A stretch of 64,000 bases of DNA from an uncultured Rivularia sp. (lineage in GTDB: Bacteria > Cyanobacteriota > Cyanobacteriia > Cyanobacteriales > Nostocaceae), in the NCBI GenBank assembly GCA_963665115.1, contig OY762007.1, forward strand, positions 6,432,001 through 6,496,000, written 5' to 3'. The position numbers and the translations under genes are program-made. The notes beneath the pieces were generated by a model. The model made no database searches. It saw nothing but the letters and a program-made list of their open reading frames with translations, and was not told where the DNA came from. Positions within the stretch are counted from its first letter, which is position 1. The number at the start of each line of letters is the position of its first letter. Below, in pieces: positions 10,060-21,100 of the stretch.

Positions 10060-11742
10060 ATGAATAATCACCGTCAGCTATGGGGAAAATTCTGGAAGGT
10101 GAGTAAACCTTATTGGTTTTCTCAAGAAAAACCAGGTGCTATAGCTTTATTGTCACTTCTAATACTTCTTTCGATTAGCAGCAGTAGTTTTTTAGTAATA
10201 GAAACCATACAAAGAGGAGAGTTGGTTTCATCTTTAGCAGCTAAGGATTCCGATAGATTTTTAAGAACAATGCTGCTGCTATTTGGTATCATTATTGCGA
10301 CGATTCCGTTAATTTCGTTTAAAACTTACGTTCAAGGTAAATTAAGTCTACATTGGCGTAGATGGTTAACTCATAGTTTTTTGCATCGCTATTTTGATAA
10401 GCTCAATTTTTATCGGCTCAATTTTTCTGAGTCAATAGATAATCCAGATCAGCGTATTGCGGAAGATATTAATAGTTTTACCCAACAGTCTTTATTTTTA
10501 TTAACTATTTTATCTGATTCGATTTTACAGTTAATTTTGTTTAGTGGTGTTTTATGGGCAACTTCGCCAATTTTAATGCTTGTTTTGATTATTTATGCTG
10601 TGGGAGGAACCCTGATTACAACTTTAGTCTTTGGACGTAAATTAGTAGCTATAAATTTTAAACAACTCAAACGAGAAGCTGATTTTCGTTTTGGTTTAAT
10701 TCGGGTACGAGATAATGCTGAATCAATTGCTTTTTATCGCGGACAAAATCAAGAATTTAGTCGAGTTAAGCAGCGCTTTGTGAATGCGTTTCAAAATTTC
10801 AATAATTTAATTCGCTGGCAATTTGGCTTAACTATATTTCAGAATGGCTATCAATATATTAACTTTGTCTTGCCATTTATAATTCTTGCACCGCGAATTT
10901 TTACCGGAGATTTAGAGATTGGAGCAGTAACGCGATCGCAAGCAGCTTTTGAGAGGATTGGTTTTGCTCTAGGCTTGATCATAAATCAGTTTGAGAAGTT
11001 GAGCGCTTTGAGTGCAGCAGTCGATCGGTTGTCAACTTTATCTGAGTTTGCACAAAGCAATGAATCTTTACCGGAGCCAGTAAATACTAATATTCTCATT
11101 CGAGAAAGTCCCGATTTAGATATCAATCATCTTACCGTTCAAATTCCTGAAACCAGTAAAACTGTAGTAAAGGATTTATCAGTTAGCGTTAATAGAGGTG
11201 AATCTTTACTAATTATGGGTGATAGTGGGGTTGGTAAAAGTTCATTACTACGTGCCATCGCAGGATTATGGAATTTTGGTAGTGGAAATATTCATCGACC
11301 AAAACCAGAAGATATATTATTTTTGCCACAAAAACCTTACATGATTTTAGGTTCTTTACGCCAGCAACTTTTATATCCTTATTTACACAAACAAATTAGC
11401 GAACCAGAACTAATCGAAGCTTTAAATATAGTTAATCTATCAAAAATAGCAACTAAATATCAAGATTTGGATACGATTGAAGACTGGTCGCAACTACTTT
11501 CTATTGGAGAACAACAGCGTTTAGCTTTTGCTCGCTTACTGCTGACAAAACCCAATTATGCAATCTTAGATGAAGCCACAAGCGCCTTAGATGAAACAAA
11601 CGAAGAGCAGCTTTATCAACAACTTCAAAAAACAGGAATCGCCTATATTAGCGTCGGTCATAATCCTCAATTATTAAAATATCATCAACAAGTACTAGAA
11701 ATAAAAAATCAACAACAATGGAATTTATATCCAAGTAAATAA
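10060..11742 (+). CDS. ABC transporter, fused permease/ATPase (SbmA/BacA-like membrane domain; YddA/McyH-type)
   Basis: [11 protein letters not shown] motif, EAA-like ESIAFYRG, Walker A GDSGVGKSS, signature [13 protein letters not shown], Walker B AILDEATSALD. Confidence 0.93.
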   Translation: MNNHRQLWGKFWKVSKPYWFSQEKPGAIALLSLLILLSISSSSFLVIETIQRGELVSSLAAKDSDRFLRTMLLLFGIIIATIPLISFKTYVQGKLSLHWRRWLTHSFLHRYFDKLNFYRLNFSESIDNPDQRIAEDINSFTQQSLFLLTILSDSILQLILFSGVLWATSPILMLVLIIYAVGGTLITTLVFGRKLVAINFKQLKREADFRFGLIRVRDNAESIAFYRGQNQEFSRVKQRFVNAFQNFNNLIRWQFGLTIFQNGYQYINFVLPFIILAPRIFTGDLEIGAVTRSQAAFERIGFALGLIINQFEKLSALSAAVDRLSTLSEFAQSNESLPEPVNTNILIRESPDLDINHLTVQIPETSKTVVKDLSVSVNRGESLLIMGDSGVGKSSLLRAIAGLWNFGSGNIHRPKPEDILFLPQKPYMILGSLRQQLLYPYLHKQISEPELIEALNIVNLSKIATKYQDLDTIEDWSQLLSIGEQQRLAFARLLLTKPNYAILDEATSALDETNEEQLYQQLQKTGIAYISVGHNPQLLKYHQQVLEIKNQQQWNLYPSK

Positions 11743-11749
11743 AATATTT

Positions 11750-11778
11750 AGGGAATAGGGAATAGGGAACAGGGAATA
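11750..11778 (+). repeat. STRR heptamer array (GGGAATA)
   Basis: Four tandem heptamers between the ABC genes. Confidence 0.8.
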
Positions 11779-11877
11779 GACAACAAGGGATTATCACAAT
11801 AAACTACTCCTATCTCTCTTATTTTCTTCCTCTGCGCCCTCAGCGTCTCTGCGGTTTTTTTCTCAGTAATCTTACTC

Positions 11878-13572
11878 ATGAACAATAAATTCGACATTAA
11901 ACTCCTACAGCAATTTTGGAAAGTAGCAAAACCTTACTGGCTTTCTTCCGAAAAATGGGGAGCTATAACTCTTTTAATCTTATTAATTATCCTATCAATA
12001 ATTAGCACGGCATTACTATTAATAGTTAGTATTTTCCTAGGAGAAGTAACCACATCCTTAGCACAACAAAATCAAGAAGTTTTTATCCAATCCGTAACAA
12101 TTTTTATTGGGATAATAGTAATTGGCGTACTTTTACTATCTTTAAAAAGCTACATCCAAGCTAAACTTTCGCTTTACTGGCGACGCTGGTTAACCTATCA
12201 TTTTCTTAATAAATATTTTGACCGTCAAACGTTTTATCGCTTTAGTTTTAATCCCGAAATAGACAATCCCGACCAACGTATAGCTGAAGATATAAAAACT
12301 TTTACCCTTCAAGCAGTCAACTTTTTAATTATTCTTCTTGATTCAGTACTACAACTAATTGGTTTTGTGGGAATTTTATGGGTAACATCAATACCATTAA
12401 CGCTATTTTTAGTTGGCTATGCTGTTTTCGGAACCGTAATTACAACTATTTTATTTGGTCGAATTTTGATTCAAATTAATTACGAGCAACTTAAATATCA
12501 AGCAGATTTTCGCTACAGCTTAACTCGCGTTCGGGAAAATGCCGAAGCTATTGCTTTTTATCGAGGAGAAAATTCCGAATCGAATCAAATTCAGTCGCGT
12601 TTTGGGTTAGTTTTAACCAACTTTAATCGGTTAGTTAATTGGCAATTGAGATTAAATTTATTTCAAAATAGCTATCAATATATTACCTTTCTTTTACCAG
12701 CCGTTATTCTTGCTCCCCGTATTCTTTCTGGAGAATTAGAAGTAGGAGCATTTGCTAAAGCTGGTGCAGCTTTTAGAAGTATTTTGTTGGCTTTAACTTT
12801 AATTGTGACGCAGTTTGAAGAATTAAGTAACTTTGCAGCAGGAATTAACCGCTTAGAAAGCTATGCAAAATTTGCACGTACCGCACATAAAATTCCTCCA
12901 GAAGCATCAATTATTGATTTTAGAGAAGATAACTTTTTATCTACCCGTAATTTAACTTTGTATACTCCAGACTATCAAACCAGTTTAGTAAAAGATTTAT
13001 CTCTCACCGTTAATAGGGGTGAATCATTATTAATTGTCGGTGCTAGCGGTGTAGGAAAAAGTTCTTTGCTTAGAGCTATGGCTGGTTTATGGTATTGTGG
13101 AGATGGTTCTATTATCCTTCCTCCTCAAGAAACAATACTATTTTTACCCCAACGTCCCTACATAATTTTAGGTTCTCTACGCGAACAACTTTTGTATCCC
13201 CACCAGCAAGAATTTACAGACGAACAATTATTACAAATGCTAGAAAAAGTGAACTTACCTTTAATTGGTAATAAAATTAGTAGTTTGGATACAATCGTAG
13301 AATTTAATAAAATACTTTCAATGGGAGAACAACAACGTCTTGCTTTTGCTCGGTTACTGCTTGCTCAACCACAATATGCTGTTTTAGATGAAGCTACTAG
13401 TTCCCTAGATGTTAGAAATGAAAAATTACTTTACAGTCAATTACAGCAAACCGATATTACTTACATCAGCGTTGGTCATCGTTCTACTTTGGTAGACTAT
13501 CATGACTCAGTTTTACGAATTAACAATGACCGCAGTTATAATTTAATGTCGAAACAACAATATAGCCATTAA
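11878..13572 (+). CDS. ABC transporter, fused permease/ATPase, paralog of upstream gene
   Basis: [52 protein letters not shown]. Confidence 0.93.
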   Translation: MNNKFDIKLLQQFWKVAKPYWLSSEKWGAITLLILLIILSIISTALLLIVSIFLGEVTTSLAQQNQEVFIQSVTIFIGIIVIGVLLLSLKSYIQAKLSLYWRRWLTYHFLNKYFDRQTFYRFSFNPEIDNPDQRIAEDIKTFTLQAVNFLIILLDSVLQLIGFVGILWVTSIPLTLFLVGYAVFGTVITTILFGRILIQINYEQLKYQADFRYSLTRVRENAEAIAFYRGENSESNQIQSRFGLVLTNFNRLVNWQLRLNLFQNSYQYITFLLPAVILAPRILSGELEVGAFAKAGAAFRSILLALTLIVTQFEELSNFAAGINRLESYAKFARTAHKIPPEASIIDFREDNFLSTRNLTLYTPDYQTSLVKDLSLTVNRGESLLIVGASGVGKSSLLRAMAGLWYCGDGSIILPPQETILFLPQRPYIILGSLREQLLYPHQQEFTDEQLLQMLEKVNLPLIGNKISSLDTIVEFNKILSMGEQQRLAFARLLLAQPQYAVLDEATSSLDVRNEKLLYSQLQQTDITYISVGHRSTLVDYHDSVLRINNDRSYNLMSKQQYSH

Positions 13573-13580
13573 AATTATAA

Positions 13581-13605
13581 AGACGTAGCAATGCTACGTC
13601 TCTAC
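13581..13605 (-). repeat. GTAG-type REP-like palindrome
   Basis: Identical to 1691-1715. Confidence 0.85.
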
Positions 13606-13655
13606 ATTATTTGGTGGTGAAAAAGGTAGATGCATAAATAATCAAACTGATTCAA

Positions 13656-13832
13656 TTACTTTTTCTTAGTGGCGATCGCTAACTTCGCACCCTCTACCTG
13701 TCGCACTTTATCCATAACCGCGACAATTTTTCCATGATTCACCGCTTCATCAGCATTCAACACCACCATTAAAGGCTGTTCGGGTTTGACTTTTTCTTTC
13801 ACCCCTGCTTCTAATTTATCTAAAGTAATCTT
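13656..13832 (-). pseudogene. exbD: ExbD/TolR biopolymer transport protein, 3' fragment only (58 aa)
   Basis: KITLDKLEAG...VVLNADEAVNHGKIVAVMDKVRQVEGAKLAIAT matches the ExbD periplasmic domain. The N-terminal TM helix is absent, and upstream ORF residues are antisense dGTPase. Confidence 0.8.
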
Positions 13833-15094
13833 AAAGATTACAATCCTTCTGATTTTGGGGATATTGTCTCTGCTGCAAGTCTCGCTCATGATATCGGTAA
13901 TCCTCCTTTTGGTCATTCTGGGGAAGATGCGATTCAAAGCGGCTTTAAAAATTGGTTTGCAACTGCACAAATATCTCTCGACAAAATTCAAGAAACTGAC
14001 TTTAATTTATTTGAAGGTAACGCTCAAGGATTCCGGATTATCAGCAATCTGGAAATGCAGCCGAAAAAAGGGGGAATGCAACTTACCTGTCCGACAATAG
14101 CCGCTTTCGCTAAGTATCCCAGAGAATCCTATATTCCCGAACATATATTTAATAATTATCACGGTAAAAGTGTTGCTAAATATAATTTTTTTCAAGCAGA
14201 AAAAGAATTATTCACTGAAGTTGCCCAAACAGTAGGATTAATTCGCCGCAGCGATCGAGTTGCATGGTGGGCAAGGCATCCATTAGCCTTTTTGATGGAA
14301 GCTGCTGACGATATCTGCTATCTAATTGTAGATGTAGAAGATGGCTTCCGCATGAGATATATTCCTTTTACAAATGCCAAACAATTACTCAACGCCATTG
14401 CTCAACGTTCGGAATCTGACATCAAAGCACAAACAAACACTGAAGAAGAACAAATTAAATATTTAGGGCTTGCTGAATAAAACTATTACCTTTACCACAT
14501 AAGGGTTTTAAGGTTTTTTCTCTGTTTCAAGTGCAAGCTTATGATGCCTACTGGGTTAAAATCTTTGCACTTTTAGTCAACTTGCTCAGAAATACAATCT
14601 TGTTTTTCCCCCTGCTCCCTGCCCTTGTCAAAGAAAACTTTTTCAGCAAACCCTATTTACGCGCTCATGCTATTAGCAAACTTGTAAAAGATGTTGCCGA
14701 TATTTTTCTATTAAAAGAGCCAGAAATGCTAAGGGGTGAATTTGACACCGAATTGTTAGCTTTGAGTCAATATGCTTCCGTACTTGAAGATATACGTTGC
14801 GAAACTAAAATCAAAGTAATAAACCATCCAGATGTTGTTAGTACCCGTATCGCCGGACATGAAATATTAGTACAATTGTTTAACCAATTTGCTAACGCTG
14901 TTTTATCAAAAGGAGACAAAGCCGAATTTCTCAAGCAAATGATACCTCAGCAATATCTTTTTGGCGATAGAGGCAGCATAGCTGAACGCGCTGATTCATA
15001 TGACAAAATTCTGCAAGTCACCGATTTTATCTCCGGCATGACTGATTCCTACGCTACTAACTTGTTTAAGAAGCTCAAAGGAATCTCTTTATAA
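13824..15094 (+). pseudogene. dgt: dGTP triphosphohydrolase (HD family), 5'-truncated and MITE-interrupted
   Basis: In frame with ORF 14055: LAHDIGNPPFGHSGEDAI, FEGNAQGFRI, KYP, RHPLAFLMEAADDICY; C-terminal DFISGMTDSYA. No start codon or N-terminal motifs (stop at 13821). Confidence 0.88.
14466..14653. mobile_element. 188-bp MITE with TIRs and 6-bp target duplication TATTTA
   Basis: TIRs gggcttgctgaataaa / tttttcagcaaaccc; tattta at 14460-14465 and 14654-14659. Removal restores the dGTPase frame IKYLRAHAIS. Confidence 0.9.
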
Positions 15095-15115
15095 TTCATC
15101 AGAATTAGGTATAGC

Positions 15116-15151
15116 AGAAACCCGGCTTTTTGAAAAAGCCGGGTTTCTTTT
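15116..15151. terminator. Long palindrome between convergent genes, likely terminator or REP
   Basis: agaaacccggcttttt-g-aaaaagccgggtttct followed by TTT. Confidence 0.7.
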
Positions 15152-15180
15152 AATTGCTCAAATTTAATTCTTCTGTCGTT

Positions 15181-18100
15181 TTAAACAGAAGTAAAATCGG
15201 TTTGGTCAATCAAGCTGCTACCAATACCAATCAAAGTAGCTAGAGTTTGAGTACCTTGGAGAATATTGGTATTGTTTCCACTTGCTTTTATATCTAAATC
15301 ATTGAAAGACAAAGCACCAGATAAACGTAAAGAATCAACACCATCTTCAAAATCGTAGATGGTATCCTTACCTGTAATGGAAGTGAGAACAAAAGTATCG
15401 CTACCACCTTCGCCGTAAAGGCGATCGCTGCCTGCACCACCGTCGATTAAATCATCACCCGAACCAGCTTTGATAAAGTCGCTTCCGCTTCCTCCAATTA
15501 AAGTATCGTTTCCATCTTTTCCGTAAAGGTAACTAGTTCCGGTATAAGCAGAAGCGTCAATCAAATTATTGCTTTCTCCTCCTGTTAGTGCAGCACGTTC
15601 AACATTAACAAGCCTATCTCTACCTAGAGTTCTGTTAGTATTAGCTTCATTGCTTTCAAGGTAATTATCTGAAAGCCTGAAATTAGCATCGGCAGTTTCT
15701 CGAATCGTGTCAATACCTTCTCCACCATCGAGAGTATCATCACCTTCCCCACCGTAAAGGTTATCGTTACCACTACCGCCGATTAAGGTATCGTTACCAG
15801 CTTTCCCGTAAAGGTAAGTATTTCCGGCATAATCAGAAGCGTTAATTGTATTATCGCTACCTCCCCCAGTTAATACAGCACGTTCAATATTTACAAGTCT
15901 ATCTCGACCTAAATTTCTGCCAGTATTAGCTTCATAGCTATCGAGATAATCGTTTGAAAGCCTGAAATTAGCATCGGCAGTTTCTCGAATCGTGTCAATA
16001 CCTTCTCCACCATCTAAAGTATTCTTACCTCCACCACCATAGAGATTATCATTCCCGCTACCGCCAACTAAGCTATCTTCACCTTCACCACCGTAAAGAT
16101 TATCGTTAGCGCTACCGCCAATTAAAGTATCTTCACCGTCACGCCCATAAAGGTAAGTACTACCGCTGAATTGAGATGCATCAATGAAGTTACGATAATT
16201 ACCACCACTAAGAATTACACGTTCGATATTGCTAATGTCATCCTTACCCAATTCTCTTCTACTCTGGAAGTCAGAAATAGTGAGATTATTATCTGTAAGT
16301 AAGAAGTTAGCATTTGCAGTTTCTCTTAGGTAATCAGTTCCACTTCCACCGTCAATCGTATCATTGCCGTTACCACCGCTAAGAGTATCATTACCACTAC
16401 CGCCAACTAAGCTATCATTACCACCTTTCCCTGCAAGATTGACACTATTTGCGGATTCAGAAGCATCAATTTTATTATTGCTTTCCCCACCAGTTAAAGA
16501 TATGCGTTCGATGTTTTGCAGTAAATCTGTATCTAAAACTGTGTCAGTATTCGCTTCATAGCTTTCAAGGGAACCAGTATTGGTAAGTTTAAAGTCAACA
16601 TCGGCTGTTTCTCGTAAAGTGTCAATACCTTCTCCACCATCGATAGTGTCACTTCCGGTGCCACCACTTAAAGTATCGTTACTACTACCACCAAGTAAGC
16701 TATCATTACCGCCTTTTCCTGCCAGATTGACGCTGTTTTCGTATTCAGAAGCATCAATTTTATTATTGCTTTTCCCACCAGTTAACGATATACGTTCGAT
16801 ACTTTTGAGTAAATCCTTATCCAGGATAGTGGTGGTATTAGTTTTGTAGGTTTCAAGGGAACCAGTATTGGTAAGCTTAAAGTCAGCATCTGCGGTTTCT
16901 CGGACTGTATCAATACCTTCTCCGCCGTCAAGGGTATCATAACCCTCACCACCGCTTAGAGTATCATTACCGCTTCCACCTAATAAGTTATCTTTTCCAC
17001 CTTTCCCGGAAAGATTAACATTACCTGCAAAATCTTTTGCGTCAATTGTATTATTGCTTTCCCCACCGCTGATAAATGCTCGCTCAATATTTCTGAATTC
17101 ATCAGTACTTAAAACTTGCTGAGTACTGGCTTCAATACTTTCGAGTCGGTTAGCTTTTAACCTAAAGTCAACATCAGCGGTTTCTTGAATTGTATCGATA
17201 CCTTCTGCACCGTCGATAGTATCATTCCCGATACCACCACTAAGAGTATCATTACCGCGTCCGCCAAATAAAGTATCGTCTCCAGCTTTTCCGGAAAATT
17301 TGACATCACCATCGAAATCTCTGACTTCAAATATATTATTGCTTTGACCACCAGTTAGAGATATTCTTTCAATATTATCAAACTCATCTCTACTGAAATT
17401 TGTATTTGAATAATAAGTTTCAATCCGATTACGTACAACCCTAAAGTCAGCATCAGCGGTTTCTTTAATCGTATCGAAACCTGCTCCACCGTCAATAGTA
17501 TCGTCCCCGATACCACCACTAAAAATATCCTTACCGTAACCGCCAATTAAAGTATCCCTTCCACCTTTGCCTGTAAAATTAACGCTCGTGTAGGCTTGAG
17601 CAGCATCAAACTTGTTATCGCGATCGCCACCTGTTAGAGATATTTTTTCAATATTTATAATTCTATCGGTGCTTAATAGTTGACGAAACCGAGAATCGTA
17701 AAGTTTGAGTTGATAATCGTCATTTGGTGAGGAATAACTTTCAAGTTTGAAATCACCGTCTGCAACTTCTCTCAAAGTATCAATACCATCTCCACCGTCA
17801 ATAGTATCGTCTCCGGTACCACCACTTAAATTATCGTTACCGCTTCCGCCAAGCAAGCTATCATTACCGCCTTTTCCTGAAAGATTAACGTTTCCAGTGA
17901 ACCCTTCAGCGTCAATTCTGTTACCGTTTTCGCCACCAGTTAGTACAGCACGTTCGATACTTGTTAGCCTATCAGTAGTTCTTTGGATAGTTGTTTGAGT
18001 ATACTGGGAAATTTGAAGTTGATTATCGTCTAATTTAAAGTCAACATCAGCAGTTTCTCGCACTGTATCAATACCTTCTCCACCATCAAGGGTATCGTAA

Positions 18101-21100
18101 TCTTCACCACCGCTAAGAGTATCATTACCGCTTCCGCCTAATAAAGTATCTCTTCCACCTTTTCCGGAAAGATTTACGCTGTCTTTGGATAGAGAAGTGT
18201 CAATTTTGTTATTGCTTTCCCCACCAGTCAAAGATATGCGTTCAATATCTTTAAGCAAATCTCTATCTATAAGTCTTGTGCTACCCAATTCATAGCTGAG
18301 AAGATAATTACCACTAAGCCTGAAATCCACATCTGTAGTTTCTCGAATCGTGTCAATACCATCTCCGCCGTCAATGGTATCACTTCCGGTACCACCGCTA
18401 AGAGTATCATTACCGCTTCCGCCTAATAAGGTATCACTTCCACCTTTTCCGGAAAGACTAACATCACCTTCAAAATATTTTGCATCCAGTTTATTATTAC
18501 TTTCTCCACCAGTTAAAGATGCTCGTTCAATATCTTTTAGTGAATCCCTATCTACAATTGAACCGGAGTCTACATCATAAGTGTAAAGGTCGTTATTTTT
18601 CAGCCTAAAATCAACATCCGCAGTTTCTCGTAAAGTATCGATACCTTTTCCGCCGTCAATAGTATCATTTCCAGTACCACCACTTAAGGTATCGTTACCG
18701 CTTCCGCCTAATAAGGTATCCCTTCCACCTTTTCCGGAAAGATTGACATTTCCATCAAATTCTCTTGCTTCAATTCTATTATCGCTTTCCCCGCCCGTTA
18801 AAGATATTTTTTCAATATTTTTAATTTCGTCTTTATCTAGATTTCTTCGGTTATTTGAATCGTAACTTTCGATTCGATTATCTATAACTCTAAAGTCGGA
18901 ATCTGCGGTTTCTCGTAAGGTATCAATACCTTCGCCACCGTCAATCGTGTCGCTGCCTTCACCGCCGTTAATCGTATCGTTACTGCTTCCGCCAATTATA
19001 GTATCGCTTCCACCTTTTCCTGACAAATTAACGCTTATATAAGCTTGAGAAGCGTCTATCTTATTGTTACTTTCACCACCACTTAAAGATATTTTTTCAA
19101 TACTTTGAATGCGATCGATGCTTAGCTGTTTAAGCGTTTGTGAATCATAACTTCTGATTTGATAACTATTATCTCTAGGATTACCTTCTAGTTTAAAATT
19201 AACATCTGCGGCTTCCCTTAAACTATCAACACCATCTCCACCTTCAATAAAATCGCTACCTTCACCACCACTAAAATTATCGTTACCAATTCCGCCAATT
19301 AATGTATCGTCACCAGCTTTTCCGGAAAGATTAACGTCGCCTTTGAAATGTTGAGTATCAAACTGATTATCGCTCTCGCCACCAGTTAAAGCTAATCTTT
19401 CAATATTCTCTAATCTATCACGACCTAATGTTTTCTTTGTATTAGCTTCAAAGCTATAAAGGTTTCCATTATATGGTGTTCTAGAAGAGGAAGTAGAAGA
19501 TGAAAACCTAAAGTCAGCATCTGCGGTTTCTCGTAAAGTGTCTATACCTTCTCCACCGTCAAGGGTATCATCATCTTTACCACCACTTAAAGTATCGTTT
19601 GCACTTCCACCAACTAGCGTATCTCTTCCACCTTCTCCTGAGATATTAACGCTACCGCTAAAATTGGAAGCAATAATCTCGTTATCTCTTCCACCACTAG
19701 TTAAAGATACCCGTTCGATATTTTGGATTTTATTGGTATCTAATCTCCTATTACTATTAGAGTCTTTGGTAATTAGTTGAAAATCTTCAAGTTGAAAATC
19801 AACATTCGCCGTTTCTCGTAAAGTATCAATTCCTTCACCACCATCAATACTGTCACTTCCGGTACCACCACTAAAGGTATCGTTACTGCTCCCGCCAACC
19901 AAAGTATCGTTTCCACCTTTCCCAGAAAGATTTACGCTACCACTAAAGCCTTGGGCATACATTCGGTTACGGCTTTCACCACCAGTTAAAGATGCTTTTT
20001 CAATACTTCTGAGTATGTCAGTATCTAACTGGTTTCCTGTTTCAGTTTCCGAAGTAGTAAGTTTGTCATCTGTAAGCGTAAAGTTGACATCTCCCGTTTC
20101 TCTTAAGGTGTCAATCCCTTCTCTACCGTCAAGAGTATCGTTACCTTCTCCACCACTTAAAGTATCGTTAAAGTAACCGCCAATTAAGTTATCATTTCCC
20201 CCTTTTCCTGAAAGATTTACATTACCGTAAAAATCTATTGCTTCGAGTATATTATTGCTTTCCCCACCAGTTAAAGCTAATCTTTCAATGTTCCCTAATT
20301 GGTCAATATCCCTTTTTGTCGGATTTTCATGATAAGTATGAAGATGTCCCCAGTTTTCTCCTCTCCTGAAAAATCTAAAGTCAGCATCTGCGGATTCTCG
20401 AATTGTATCGATACCTTCTCCACCGTCGATAGTATCATTTCCGGTACCACCGCTGAGATTATCATTACTGCTTCCGCCAATTAAGGTATCGTTACCGTCT
20501 TTTGCTGAAATATTAACGTTACCGCTGAATTCGGAAGCATCTATTTTATTATTGCTTTCACCTGCGGTTAAAACTACTCTTTCAATATTTCTCAGTTCAT
20601 CATTAGCTACGGGATTCCCAGTTTCAACTTCAGTGCTAGTAAGTTGACTATCTGTAAGTTTAAAATCAACATTTGCGCTTTCTATAACTGTATCAATACC
20701 ATTTCCACCGTCAATAGTATCGCTACCTTCACCACCGCTTAAAGTATCGTTTGCACTTCCACTTTTTAAACTATCATTACCCCCAAGCCCTTTAAGATTC
20801 ACATAACCATCGAACTCGGAAGTATCTGAAGTATCTATTGTATTATTACTTTCTCCACCAGTTAATTCAAATTGTTGGATATATCTGAATTTATCAATAG
20901 CTAACTTTTCGCCAGTATTAGAATCGGTAGCTATAAGCTGAGTACCTTTGATTTGAAAACTAACATCCGCAGTTTCTCGTACTATATCAAAACCATATCC
21001 ACCATCAAGAGAATCATTTCCTTCACCACCACTGAGGGTATCGGCTTCGTATCCGCCAATTAAAGTATCGTCACCACCAAGCCCCTTGAGGTTAACGTCA

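Noticed and set aside
13786..14195. ORFs 13786-14100 (+), 14007-14195 (-) and the N-terminus of 13656-13991 (-)
   Set aside because: Alternative frames over the dGTPase remnant
14531..14653. N-terminus of ORF 14531-15094 as a separate gene start
   Set aside because: It is translated MITE sequence; dGTPase homology resumes at 14654
14963..14990. Possible SDR5-like insertion into a HIP1 site in dgt (GDRGSIAER)
   Set aside because: A small hairpin is present but the HIP1 halves and insert length do not fit well enough
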